Under the pieces are notes generated by a model. That model made no database searches and was not told the origin of the DNA. It saw nothing but the letters and a program-made list of their open reading frames with translations. A stretch of 63,490 nt of DNA, the filler included, from Octopus bimaculoides (Eukaryota), in assembly GCF_001194135.2 (NCBI RefSeq). It is 4 parts of 4 records of this genome, joined end to end, with 100 filler letters (N's around TTAATTAATTAA, not from the genome) between each part and the next. Parts side by side here need not be neighbours in the genome. Positions count along the whole stretch, not along the records: positions 31,253 to 46,987 come from NC_069000.1; positions 47,088 to 62,275 come from NC_068997.1; 2 more parts are not named here. One strand, given 5' to 3'. Positions within the stretch are counted from its first letter, which is position 1. Every line of letters starts with the position of its first letter. The translations under genes and the position numbers were made by a program. Positions 37,910-50,526 of this stretch are shown in pieces.

Positions 37910-40190
37910 GGTTCTGGGAATATTCGCTATAAGCACTTAAACCGCAGGAAAACATGCCTCGGGAATTATCACCGTTGGAAACTTGGCCCTGAAATAATTT
38001 CATCCTGTAGATAATTTCGAAGATATGACAGGCAACCAAATTGAAAGAAATTGCAGCACTGAAAAAAATTGCTTTTTATACGTGTGTTTTTTATAATTCT
38101 GTTTTAGATTTAACTGTTTTTGTTTTGTTCTTTGTAAATGTTATCATATTTATATTGTGTTACTTTTATTTAAGCAGAATTTTTTTTTTATGAAAACATT
38201 ATCATCTTTTAGATTGCTTTATTTTACCCCACCCCCAGTAGCTTAGCCATGCTCTTCCCCGCACTCTTTACCTTTGCCCAAAAGTGCCCAGGAGGGATGA
38301 AATTTTCAGGTTTGTGGGGGATCGGCTTTTGTGAGTCATTTAATTATGTTCCAATCATTGATATATTTAAGTATGGAAAAAAAGCTTTGTATAAATAGGA
38401 CTTTATTATTAAAAGCGTTATTTCACGTCTTTTTTCAGAGTCAAACATTAGAAAGTAAATAAAAAAGTATAAATTTATTTTAAAGTATATGAAATTCTAA
38501 ATATTGACCAAAAGTAATTTAAAATGTGTGCAAAGTTCAAGCAATGCTTCGGAAATAAGGTGCTTTCTGTGTCGAACTGTAATGAAACCTTTTCCGCTAA
38601 AGTCTTTCGTTGATATCAATATATATTTTCTCCATCAGGAATGCATCTCCCCGATCTAAATCGCTCTTTCTTCTTTTTCGCTAATGTCTCTTCCTTTTTC
38701 AAATACCTAATAAGTTTCCATAAATTTGGGTTCATGTTAGTAATGAAGCTTTGCATTGCATTGTGGAAGCCTTCTACGCTGTTGTTTGTTCTCGTTATAT
38801 TATTCTGGTTTCTTTCGAAAACATTCCCACAATTCAATAGGAAACGTTGGCTGCATTCTTTGTCTTCGCTCGCCTTGACCTCGTTCTCCTCATATATAGC
38901 AAGTTTCAAAATATGATACAAATTCTTGGGGCAAATCATCATCATCAGTTAGTTCAAGAGAACCATTAATAATATCAGGCACTGGAAGAAATGCTAATTC
39001 AATGAGACAGTTGATTTTGTTGTTAAATTCTACGTCTGTTTGATAGCGAGACTTTAAACCTATATTCACAATGTGGCGATAGATATTCTTAGCCATATGA
39101 AATAAACACCCTGTTCTATTTATTGTTGGAAATATCTCACAGAAAGCATTGATAATTGCTTTCTTGAAATCAACCATTAAGGTTTCGAGCTCTAATGATG
39201 GGTGTAAATCCTTCAAAGCGCTAAAAAGCCTTCTGTATGTTACTTATGATTTACTTGGTAGCAAAACAAAAAGACGTGGTATTGCTAATATTTTGTATGA
39301 CAATATGTAATGTGAACAACTGATGATATAATATCTTAGCTGCATTTAAAAGTACCATCACAAGCCAAATCCTTATTATTCTCAAGGTCGTCTAACTAAG
39401 CTTGTGTGCCAAACACTAAAATTCTCTCCGGATTATCTTCACCATTCTCGTATAATAAAAACTTCTCACCATTTTCAAGAAATTTATATTCTTCAAATAT
39501 TATACACCTACTTCTTCCGGTTGGGATCGGGGGAGCTTGGCTTTTCTTTTCGCTCCAAACTCTAATATTGTGAGAAAAATTCGATGAGGTCAGCATCAGT
39601 GACAATGCATTATTATCTAAACTAGATGAAATTTCTGCAATTAACGAACGTACTAGAGTTTGTTAACTAGTGGCTCGTGATTTCTATTTCGTTTTTGCAA
39701 TATATACTCTTTTGGTTTTCAAGGATGAGAAATATGACAATGCTTTGCCGAATGTTTTACATAAAGATAAATTATCATTTTCCAGCGCGGAATGCATCCT
39801 TAATTTACATTCTCTATTTTCACATTTCCAATATGTTTTTTCCCCGTATTTTTATTGATCCTACAAACAATGTTAAGATCATTAATTAATTTAACACCGC
39901 CTCTGCTAGTTCTCACTTGATAAACCATTGTAATGGGTTGGCTACACAACAAAATATTGTCGAATGAATAAAGAAATTCTAAATGAGTTAAAAATTTACC
40001 TTATCCCTTCTTGTTGGTTTCTCTGATAATATAATAGACAGGTTGGTTGAAACAGTTATATACCGACGGAGAAATTCATCATTTTTACTTTTCGGTGAAA
40101 TTGTCATACGCTGAACTTTCATACGGCAAAATTTCCTATGCGCCGAACTTTCCTACAAACAAAAATCCTGAGGCAAACTTTCCGGATACG
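37910..40190 (-). mobile_element. Complete Mutator-like (MULE) DNA transposon, 2281 bp
   Basis: Perfect 9-bp TSD ATCATTGAC at 37901-37909 and 40191-40199; imperfect termini with subterminal repeats; internal transposase. Confidence 0.9.
38600..39928 (-). pseudogene. FLYWCH-MULE DDE transposase pseudogene
   Basis: MVYQVRTSRGGVKL..YWKCENRECK (FLYWCH-like), ACDGTFK, LMVDFKKAIINAF..GCLFH, TNNSVEGFHN; several stops and frameshifts. Confidence 0.9.
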
Positions 40191-42167
40191 ATCATTGACA
40201 TAAACACATGTTTTACATGTCATAAATGAGACACCTGAAATTTTCCGTACACTCTAGTTTGAAAAGGACACTTCAAAGAATTAGGCTATTTACAGTGTCA
40301 ACGACCTTGGTAAAATCGATGAAATACAGGTACGGATTGAGTTGTTCTCCGCACTTCTTTTCGACCTGTAGAGCTGTAGAGATGATTTGCAATTGTATCT
40401 CAATTTGACCGAAAGCCACATAGTAACTGAGGAAGAATATTTGGTACAAAGCGGTTTATCAACCGATTTAAACTTATCCTTCTGAAGATTTTGCCCACAA
40501 CTGAAATAGAGAGATATCGCGGTGATTATAACATATGCCTCTGTGTCTTGTCTTATAGAAGGAAATGAGAATAGCAACTTTCCATTCTACCTTAGTTTCA
40601 CCTCTCGTCCATACTGGCTGAAATATGGTAGATAAAAACGCCAGTATATCATCAACCCTGTTCTGAACCCGTTCTTCAACGTAGCCATCATACCCAAGCG
40701 ATTCCCTGATATTCACCAGTTTTACAGCTACTATTACTTCATCATTAGTGCGTGGATCATCAAGTTGATAGAAATCACAGGAGCCTGTACAAGCCCCTCC
40801 ATTGCAGTAGGATATACGACGGCCTCACTGTCAAATTCATCGCTAAAACGCTGCTGCCAGCTGGGTTTGATTTCCTCTGGCTTACGTTTCATTGTGTTAC
40901 CAGTCTTTGTATGCAGAGAAGCAAAGACGATGGGCCATTGTATGCAGAGGAGTAAGGATGATGGGCCATAGTCTGCACACAACTGGCCGTACAGAGATTT
41001 CGAATCTCATTTCTCAGCAGATGTCTGAATTTCATGAGATTTATTATTTTCACAAAGACAGCCGCGAATTCCGTTCATCCTTAGCCTTGTATTCTTTAAA
41101 AGAGTTCTCTCACTTATTCTGTTCGCATCCCGGCAGAGAAAAACAGATCGACATGTCAAGTACCACGCTCTTCCAAAACATAATACTTTGTTTTCTTTCA
41201 ATAAATTCAAGCCTTAGAAGAAGCAGCTTCATTGAGTTGTTCACTGAAACTTGCTCAGGGTTCACAGTTGTGATTTAAATCGATAACTTTCGCTGCTTCA
41301 TTGTATTGTCTAAGTGTTTCAGGGAAGTTTAATATGGAAACATCAATCAAACTGGATTCCTCAGCCTTATACGGACTGTAATCACCAGTTAATCAACTAA
41401 CGACCTCTCATCTCTCCAAATTTCACCACCATGCATGGCTCGGACAGATTTTACATCCGTTAGGTCTTTTCTGCTGACAATTACATATTCGAGAACGTGC
41501 TAACGACGTGAACGTAAATGCTTCTAAGTAGCCTTGTATTTATTCTTTTTCTTCAACCAAGTATTAGTTATCACTAGCTCTAACAGAAATAACAGAACTT
41601 ACTCATTTTCATTTTGCTTCCTAGTTCATGGAACTCCAAAGTTTAGAATCACGCCTGCTCGGACAGAATCCGAAATTCAGAATCATGTCCTTCTAGATCT
41701 GCTGTTGCATGTTATGAATTTGTCATTCCTATCGACATACCTCATAATTGTTCCAGATACTATAAAAGCGATTTATTTCATTCTGGGACCTGTCAAGTGT
41801 TGCCGCATATATAATAATCACAGTAATGAATTGATTCTTGTTGCAACCATAGTATTATTATAAGTTCAGTGAAATTATGAGGAAATTTTGTGAAATACTG
41901 CACTAATTGCGTTTCACAGTGAGACCAACATCAGCTTCTCTGCGCAGATTGCCTGACCTCGGCTTACAAAATTAGATGTCTTTTAAAATTAGATGTAGCC
42001 AGATTCTGCTACATTCCAGCAAGCGATCTTAAGATTTGATCTTTTCAATTATGTTATTTGTCCATGATTTAACTAGGTCGTGCTTTGAACATTTGCATTT
42101 CTCCCGTATCTATGTATTTACGTATGTATACACACGCGCGCATCACGCACACACATGCGCACACACA

Positions 42168-42216
<49 letters not shown>

Positions 42217-42223
42217 TCATATA

Positions 42224-42348
42224 CAAGGGGTGTATGAAAAGTCTTGAGCCTCACAAAAACAAGACATCGTACAAGACTTCTGATGAAGGCACAAGACTTC
42301 AAAGTCTCGAAGGCCTCGAAGGCTCAAAACTTTTCATACGCCCCCTCG
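42224..42348. mobile_element. 125-bp mariner-type MITE
   Basis: About 28-bp TIRs caaggggtgtatgaaaagtcttgagcct / reverse complement cgagggggcgtatgaaaagttttgagcct; TA on the left, TG on the right. Confidence 0.75.
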
Positions 42349-42749
42349 TGTGTATATAAAGAACTATACAACCAAACAGAGTCTGAGAGACAGTTTCAGG
42401 GATATTTAGATTGATAAATAAATGGACGAATAAATAAAAAGATTAATAAAAAATGAATAGAGGTGTGCGTATGGGTGTGTCTGTGTTTATGTAAGCATAT
42501 AGATATATATGCATAAATATATACATTTTACGTATCATAAATATAGATTATTCAATTACACATTCCCTCTCCTTGTAAATATAGAAGCTTGTTATAGCTA
42601 TGCTATGAAAACCATCCTCCTACTTGTTTCTCTCCTCTCTTATCACCCGCACTCACTCTCCCTCAACATAGTACGAGATTGAAAATAACATGCCAGATTT
42701 TGCAGCAGATTTGAGGAGTGGTTCAAGGCCAACATCGAGTTTATATTTA

Positions 42750-43110
42750 ACTGTATTTTATGACGGTTGAAAACTGTTAGATTTTCGTTTTGAGATAGAG
42801 TGACTTTCGTCGTCACATGTCTGTCACTAACTCCGTTTTCATTCGTTCTCTTAACATTTCGCCAATATTATTTTCCAAATGTAAAACCTACACCAGCATT
42901 TCTGACACGTAATCATTATATCCCAGACCAGTAAAATCTGAATGCGTCGTCGTTTTCACTATGTTTGCATTTATCAGTTAATTTAGTCTCACTAACAGTT
43001 GCTATTTCAGCTTTGAGTCGATGAATCTCTGTAACAAACAACAAATGCCGTTTTTCTTTCCAGCGTTAGCCATTATTTGTCAGCCTAAAATATATACTTT
43101 CACGCTTCTA
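42750..43110 (-). mobile_element. Second RTE-type APE endonuclease fragment
   Basis: EIHRLKAEIATVSETKL..FRFYWSG..NAGVGF..GVSDRHVTTKVTL. Confidence 0.7.
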
Positions 43111-43654
43111 GTTTAAAACAAAATTCTATCAAAACAAGGTAAAATACAACAAGGCCTTGAAGTTATCTCAGTATCGAATTACGATTAATCGGAAGATGAC
43201 TTATGTATGTATGTATATATGTATGTATGTATGTATGTATGCATGCATGCATGTATGTATGTATGTATGTATGTATGTATGTATGTATGTATGCATGTAT
43301 GTGTGTAATAATTCAGTTTTATTTCAAGGTTCCTTGCCAAAAGAGTAAGAGCTGGTTTCTAACCTAGATCCAAGCCTCTTTCATTAGAATTTCAACATCA
43401 ACAGAGTATTTTTATAGGTACGTGTGTACAGGTGCAGTATTTGGAGTTATGCACGTGCATATTTGTATGTTCTGCTTTATGTGTGCATTCTCGTGCATAT
43501 ATTTGCATGTCTAGACATGCTGATAGGTCATAAACATTTGGTAAGTTTTACAGATTTTTACAGTTCCAATGATGGCTTGGATTTGTCGTCTTCGAATCAA
43601 CGTTCCGCTTTTTGTTGTTGAAAAGCGTAATTTCTCAAGATTGGTACTTACGTA

Positions 43655-43740
43655 GTATTTTACATCTCCCAGTGCCCCAATAATTACAGGTATAAACCTG
43701 AACTCGTATGTCTTCTCTTTCTCTTATTAATTTAGAATAG
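43655..43740 (-). mobile_element. Short R4-type RLE fragment
   Basis: Translates TYEFRFIPVIIGALGDV. Confidence 0.55.
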
Positions 43741-43789
43741 ATTTTGACTGACCACCGACTTGACAGCAAGGTTGTGAAGGCAAGTATCA

Positions 43790-45190
43790 TGATTTGACCG
43801 TCATCCTTTGAATCATAAGAGGGTCTTGAAGATTTTTATAGTTCCAGATAGCGTGATCATCTGTAGCTTATAAATTAAGAATTTGTATTCGCACCCCAAG
43901 ATTCCAAGTTCAACCATACTCTGTTCTAGACGGGTTGGTATGTATCCTGTTGCTACAATAATAATAAAAATGAAGCTGAAAGTGCATCATGGGTACTGGA
44001 TTGGCCTTATCAATGGTCTGTAGATGTCCTCTATATTTTCTAACTACATCCGTGTCCAGGAGGCAGCTGATTTCTACAACAGAACATATCTTTTCTTTGT
44101 GGTCCCACATAATGATATCTGGCCGGTTGTATTTTAACTCTGTGGCTGTTTTAATTTTCAATTCTTTTACCCCTCGGTCTCAATATGGTCGACTTCGTCT
44201 GTAGGTATTCTCTTTTTTGTTATTTTGTTCCAGACTGTTCTAACCACCATCTAATGCCTCATGGGAAGATAATATTTGGAAGACATTCTCTCGAAGTTGG
44301 CAATAATATGGATGATATCTTCAGTCTTGGCTTTGCACAGCCTACATTTGTTGTCTGCCAACGTTTTCTGCCTTGTATGTTCTAAGTACTTGGTGGAGGG
44401 GCCTCTTGTTCTTGGATTGCATAGATGTAGCTCTCAAAGTGGGATCTCATAAAGTTGTCGATACTCAATGCCAAACTGTTGTCATAATCGACTCCTTCTC
44501 TGGTTTGTGTTTTACGTGTCAATTAACCATGTACTATCTTCTCAGTAAACTAGCTTATTATTTTTTTCTGTTGTTCTGATAAATAAATTTTACCTGTATC
44601 TGTTCTTATTTCATACCTCTCCTCAAGTTCATACCAGGTGGCATACTATCGAAAGCCTTCTGGTTACCCAACCACACCACGGCTAAGTTATTGTGATTGT
44701 TTTGTTTTCTCTTAGATCATTTTTGTTCATTAGTAGCTGTTGTGTACAACCCCACACTTTCTCTTTACCTCCAACCTGTTCAGATGCTATAATGTTGTTG
44801 GTTTCACAATCTTCATGAACAGATTGAGGCACCCGTTGTATAGTTTGTACATGGTGTTCTGGCAGGCGATTAAGCAGTAATTTTTAGCGAGGGTGGTCTG
44901 GCTATTTGGTGAGATGAGGAAGGTAGTTGCAGTTGATAACCATTGGAGCAGTTCTTGTGCACTCTTGATACTTTCTCCATACAACCGTATGAGATCTCAC
45001 CAAAAAAAGACGAAATTCCTCAGGTAACAGTTTGTTATTAGGCCAGGGCCTGGGTATTTCCTTTTTGGCATTTTTTAGTGTTATTTCCAGCATTTCCCTA
45101 TTGTTATTGTTTTTACTGAACATGCCTGCAGTAGCCATGTTCCAGTTCTCTTACCCATACATCTTGTTTGTTGTGGTGATCATCTGTTTC
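43790..45190 (-). mobile_element. R4/Dong-like non-LTR retrotransposon remnant (RT, CCHC and RLE domains), heavily deleted
   Basis: LIACQNTMYKL, EQVGGKEKVW/CTQQLLMNK, NLAVVWLGNQKAFDSMP, NKCRLCKAKTEDIIHII, YNRPDIIMWDHKEKICSVVEIS. Confidence 0.85.
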
Positions 45191-45214
45191 CCATACAGAT
45201 CTCAAGCAGCCCTC

Positions 45215-45632
45215 AACCTGATCTTTTGTAGAGGAATATCTTTTACAGAGATTGAACCTTTTGTACTAAAGCTGCGGTATACTGACTTAGGAAAGGGTGA
45301 AAGACAAAGTCGACCCCAACGCCATTTAAACTCGGAATGTAAAATCGGAAGACATGCCGCTAAGCATTTTTCCCCGGCGTGGTGACGATTCTGCTAGCTC
45401 GACGCCTCATATGAAAAATGATATTGGCTTCAAATTTTAGCACAAGGCCAGCAATTTCAGAGGAGGCAGTAAGTGGATTGCATCGACTCTAATGCTCAAC
45501 TGGTACTTATTTTATCGACCCCGAAATGATGATAGGTAAAAATCGACCTCGGCAGCATTCGAACACAAAACTTTAAGTCGGACAAAATGCCGCTATGCCC
45601 GGCGTGCTAACGGTTTTGCCAACTCGCCGCCT
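45215..45632 (-). mobile_element. Tandem SINE family C copies
   Basis: Consecutive ..gtcgacc..aactcggaatg..taagcattt..gtgctaacg units. Confidence 0.8.
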
Positions 45633-46139
45633 CGTATGGAGGAATAATATTAAATAAAAAGAATTAACACATTATTTACATTTGACGGATATTAAATATA
45701 GAACTGAGAAAGAATTAATTACGCAGATTATGTAAAGCGTAAGTTGGATGCATGTATCTAACATACCAGCNNNNNNNNNNNNNNNNNNNNNNNNNNNNNN
45801 NNNNNNNNNNNNNNNNNNNNNNNNNNNNNNNNNNNNNNNNNNNNNNNNNNNNNNNNNNNNNNNNNNNNNNNNNNNNNNNNNNNNNNNNNNNNNNNNNNNN
45901 NNNNNNNNNNNNNNNNNNNNNNNNNNNNNNNNNNNNNNNNNNNNNNNNNNNNNNNNNNNNNNNNNNNNNNNNNNNNNNNNNNNNNNNNNNNNNNNNNNNN
46001 NNNNNNNNNNNNNNNNNNNNNNNNNNNNNNNNNNNNNNNNNNNNNNNNNNNNNNNNNNNNNNNNNNNNNNNNNNNNNNNNNNNNNNNNNNNNNNNNNNNN
46101 NNNNNNNNNNNNATATATATAAACAATATATGAGTATAT

Positions 46140-46380
46140 GCATATATATATACATGTATGTACATACCTTCATCTACATGTACATATAGATACATATCTG
46201 GGTACATGACGCTGCAAAAGAACATGGACAAAATGATAAACAAGGTACAACAAACAAGCAGGCCACATAGAGAACATATCCTTCATCAGCTGCCACCATT
46301 AAAACACCGGCGTTTCGATGAGTTAGGGCAGTAAACATCGTTAAAATGGCTCTTCCCACGAACACAGATTAAATTTTTTT
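46140..46380. repeat. Unclassified interspersed repeat F (second copy at 51870-52060)
   Basis: Shared ttcatctacatgt..gggtaca..ttcatcagctgcc..cgtttcg. Confidence 0.6.
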
Positions 46381-46609
46381 CGTATATATATATATATATA
46401 TATATATGCGTGTTTGTGTGTGCGCATGTATTATGAATGTATGAATTTGTGCATGTGTTGTGTGTGTCTGTATAAGTGATCCGTGTCTTTACAACATCAC
46501 TTTTACTTTCGGGAAACAACCTCATTTAAATGATATGTATTCTGAATTAGAGCTTGTATTTTTGATGCGTTCACTTTTCGTCTATTTTATAAAACTATCG
46601 TAAATTAAT

Positions 46610-46845
46610 GTTGCTGTTCTTTCGTCTGTCTCAGTCTTTAAACTGCGGTCATGCTGGGGCACCACTTTGAATTTTTAGTCGAATAAATCGACTCCGGTAC
46701 TTATTTTTATTTTATTTATTTATTATTATTCTTGAAGCCTGGTACTTATTCTTTCGGTCTCTTTTGCCAAACCACTAAGTCAGGTTGACGTAAACATACC
46801 AACGCTTATTGTCAAGCAATGGTAGGGAACAAGCACAGACACAAA

Positions 46846-46894
<49 letters not shown>

Positions 46895-46987
46895 TCATAT
46901 CTATACATTATATGCTATATTATATATTATATTGCATCGTATAGTATTCACAATGGGCTTCTTTCAGTTTCCGTCTATAAAATCCAC
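46610..46987 (-). mobile_element. SINE family AB (3' half, internal (CA)n/(TA)n, part of 5' half)
   Basis: Both halves are contiguous across the microsatellite; the copy is truncated by a spacer gap. Confidence 0.8.
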
Positions 46988-47309
46988 NNNNNNNNNNNNN
47001 NNNNNNNNNNNNNNNNNNNNNNNNNNNNNNNTTAATTAATTAANNNNNNNNNNNNNNNNNNNNNNNNNNNNNNNNNNNNNNNNNNNNAACAATTATGATG
47101 GGATTTTATTCCACCAGGGTTTGCAGAACGTCCTCGACGAGCTCTAAAGATCTTCCAGGACGAGGCTCGTCTTCTAGGCTGTAGTTTCCGACTCGGAATT
47201 TCTGGAACCACCGTTGACACTGGCTTATGCCTATTGTCCGATCCCTTTATACAGCATTAATATTCCTCTCACTTTCCATTGCGTTGTTGCCTTTGTTCAA
47301 GTCTATTAT

Positions 47310-47468
47310 ACCGACCCCAATGCGTAACTGGTACTTATTTAATCGCCCCCGAAAGGATGGAAGGCAATGTCGACCTCGGCGGAATTTGAACTCAGAACGT
47401 AGCGGCAGATGAAATACCGTTAAGCATTTCTCCCGGCGTGCTAACGTTTCTGCCAGCTCGCCGCCTTG
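47310..47468 (-). mobile_element. SINE family C
   Basis: Near-consensus copy. Confidence 0.85.
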
Positions 47469-48026
47469 TAAACAAAATATATTAAAAATCCAAATTCATG
47501 TAAGGGAGATAAGTATATGTTGCACTAAGGGCGTAAACGAAGTTGAACAACAAACAACAAAGTCAATTTACTTTTGGCGCTATCGATTGATAATACTTAC
47601 AATGGACCAAAATGTTCTCACAAGCGTGTATGCAAGAAGATAAAAGTTCATATCTTCAGTTAAAGCAAGAAGGAACCAGGGACAAAAGAAGTAAGTTTTC
47701 ACGTAGACACAAATGACAGCGAAGCTTAGTACGAGATCTTCTATGGGAAAACTAATGTACTCGATCCAAGAGTGACCAACAGATATTAAACGTATACAGA
47801 CTCATCTCTCAAACATATTTCTACAAAGCATTTAGAAATTTCCATTGAAGGTTAACTAAAGTGATACCCGTAGTTTCCAGTTTAATTTGCAATAATACAC
47901 CAGTCTTGCTGATTAATTAGTGAACACGAAATAAAGAAATCAGCCAATCCTATTTGATATTCTTTTGCATTCTGATGTATTTATTCATATTAAATCATGC
48001 TACATTTGTAATAATTTCGTTAATTA

Positions 48027-48225
48027 AGACGGCGAGTTGGCAGAAACGTTAGCATGCCGGGCGAAATGCTTAACGGTATTTCGTCTGCCGTTACGTTCTG
48101 AGTTCAAATTCCGCCGAGGTCGACTTTGCCTTTCATCCTTCCGGGGTCGATAAATTAAGTACCAGTTGCACACTGAGGTCGATCTAATCGACTGGCCCCT
48201 TCCACCAAAATTTCGGGCCTTGATG
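48027..48225 (+). mobile_element. SINE family C
   Basis: Near-consensus copy: ggcgagttggcagaaacgttagcatgccgggcg..gagttcaaattccgccgaggtcgac. Confidence 0.9.
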
Positions 48226-48669
48226 ATTGTCAACTTAATGATTGTCAACTTAACGATTTAACAACAGAGTTGAAGGAGGAGAAATTATAACTGTTGTTGC
48301 GGAATAATTAGGATTTACATATTTGACATTAGGATCCAAAATTAATCTATTTGAGGAAGTAAATAGTTGATGTGCCAACTATGTTTCTGACTTATTGCCA
48401 AACGTTTTTCGAGCTCAACTTACTTCTGCTTTTGGACAACGTACTTGTTCCTTCTTCAAATCATTTAAAACGCGCACGCCTGATGAAGGGGTTTTCACCC
48501 ATCTAACCTCATACAATTTCGTGAATAGAATGGAGTCAATGGATCAAAGAATTATTTCTTTCAATATTCTATGTGAAGGACTTTAAGTTAATCCTTCACC
48601 AGCAACAGGAGATGAACACCATTTGATAAAGAAATATTATAACATTATCTTTGAAATATTATAACATAA

Positions 48670-49048
48670 TCTTTTATCTTTTACGTGTTTCAGTCATTGG
48701 ACTGCAGCCATGCTGGGGCACTGACTTGAAGCGTTTAATAGAACAGATCGTCTCAAGTACTTATTTTGTTAAAGTCTGGTACTTATCCTATCGGCCTCTT
48801 TTGCATCAAACGCTAAGTTACTGGGAAGTAAACAAACCAATATCGGATGTCAAGTGACGGTAGGACATACACACACCTATATACATATAAATACAGCGGA
48901 CTTTCACACAGTTTCTGTCTAACAAATTCGCTAAGGCATTGTTTTGGCCGGGACTATAGAAGATGACACAAACCTAATATGTTACGCACTGGGATCGACC
49001 CTGAAACCATGTTGTTCCTAGGCGAACTATTTACCAAGCCAACCATTC
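48670..49048 (-). mobile_element. Full-length decayed SINE family AB
   Basis: Head, CORE-like box, short internal TA/CA tract and 3' tail, all in order. Confidence 0.75.
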
Positions 49049-49703
49049 ATGCATATATGCAAGCAATGAATAAATAAATATAAAAAGCATGAGGAGAAGT
49101 TTACATACAAGCTTCATTTGTGTTTGGAAAAAATATTTTGTGAAAATTCAGTGAAGGAAGATCGCAAGGACTTGCATATATGGCGCAAGAAGTTAAAGTT
49201 GAAGTCAGTGCATATAATCAGGATTTAGCGAGAACGTTAAGCACGAGAGCTTTAAACAATTAACAAAATAAACGTTTAGATCAGAGAGCAAAGACATTCC
49301 TTCCTAAGCAACTCAATTAACAGTGTTCTGATCAAAATACGCTTTAGAGCGTATTTTAGAAGACAATCCCAATTTTGGACAAACGATGGACGTTAAAAAA
49401 ATCAACTGTGAAATGACGACGCTGAATTTTTACAGTGGAGACGAAGAGTTTTGTAAGAAAGAGGCGAAACAGTGAACGCTTAACCGCGACATCTGACGTG
49501 TGGCACGCCAAGCACTTGTATAGGAAATGTCAGTTTGATGGGAGAAAGTGAGCCCATGCACAGGTTGTTCAGCAGGAAATTGCAGAATCAACAACAACAC
49601 CATTGCAACCAACCAACAACAAGAACAACAGCAACACCAATAACACCGTTGACTGAACACTATTCAATTTTTTTTCTCCGTGTTTTTCTCCTTGTCTCCG
49701 TAT

Positions 49704-49740
49704 TCTTTCTGTTGAAGAGCGTAGCTCGAAACATCAAAGA
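49704..49740 (+). ncRNA. Degenerate minimal type I hammerhead ribozyme motif (Penelope-like context)
   Basis: [UCUUU]CUGUUGA-A-[GAGC gua GCUC]-GAAAC-AUC-[AAAGA]. Stems I and II pair; the core deviates at A6>U and G16.2>A. Confidence 0.5.
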
Positions 49741-50125
49741 CTTTCCGTATTCCCGAGCGTCATACTAATACATCCTTTTGTTATTTACACCACCTGTCCT
49801 CGTCTGTTGTTATTATTTGTATATTCTCCCATATNNNNNNNNNNNNNNNNNNNNNNNNNNNNNNNNNNNNNNNNNNNNNNNNNNNNNNNNNNNNNNNNNN
49901 NNNNNNNNNNNNNNNNNNNNNNNNNNNNNNNNNNNNNNNNNNNNNNNNNNNNNNNNNNNNNNNNNNNNNNNNNNNNNNNNNNNNNNNNNNNNNNNNNNNN
50001 NNNNNNNNNNNNNNNNNNNNNNNNNNNNNNNNNNNNNNNNNNNNNNNNNNNNNNNNNNNNNNNNNNNNNNNNNNNNNNNNNNNNNNNNNNNNNNNNNNNN
50101 NNNNNNNNNNNNNNNNNNNNNNNNN

Positions 50126-50178
<53 letters not shown>

Positions 50179-50179
50179 C

Positions 50180-50322
50180 ATGTACTTCTTTCAGTTTCTG
50201 TCTACCAAATCCATTTACAAGGCTTTGGTCGGCCCGAGGCTATAGTAGAAGGTGCCAAGCAGTGAGACTGAACCCGGAACCATGTGGTTTATAAGCAAGC
50301 TACTTATCACACAGCCATTCCT
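50180..50322 (-). mobile_element. SINE family AB, 5' half
   Basis: tttcagtttctgtctaccaaatcc..ggcccgaggctatagtagaag..aaccatgtgg..agcaagctactt. Confidence 0.85.
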
Positions 50323-50526
50323 ACCGTTTTAATAGTTTATTGTTTCATGTATCTTATACGAATTAAAATTGTGTACAACTTTTTTGGATTGAATTATCTA
50401 TCATTCTGTTCAATATGCGTTTATTTATTTTATCGAGTTACATATTCTCTTTAAAAAGCAATTTTAGGAGCAATTAAAAAAAAAAGTGTTTATTTCTTTA
50501 AATTTAATGTCTGCATATAAAAAATT

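Larger units (their letters stand above)
37648..42045 (-). mobile_element. RTE-clade LINE (APE endonuclease and RT), decayed, interrupted by a MULE
   Basis: NLKIACWNV (42010-42036), IYAATLD..NRFYS, LVITNTWLKKKNKYKAT..HVLEYVIVSRKDL, EWKVAILISFYK..NHRDISL, then after the MULE VND|KLLKPIAVESGVKKGDLRAPTMF..GIYYIRYR..HTEEEL. Confidence 0.9.

Noticed and set aside
46270-46330. GAAAC...CTGATGA in repeat F (also 52020-52060) as a type II hammerhead
   Set aside because: No stem I can form between the cleavage triplet and the core.
48480-48512. CTGATGA-A-GGGG..ACCC hammerhead start
   Set aside because: No GAAA follows.
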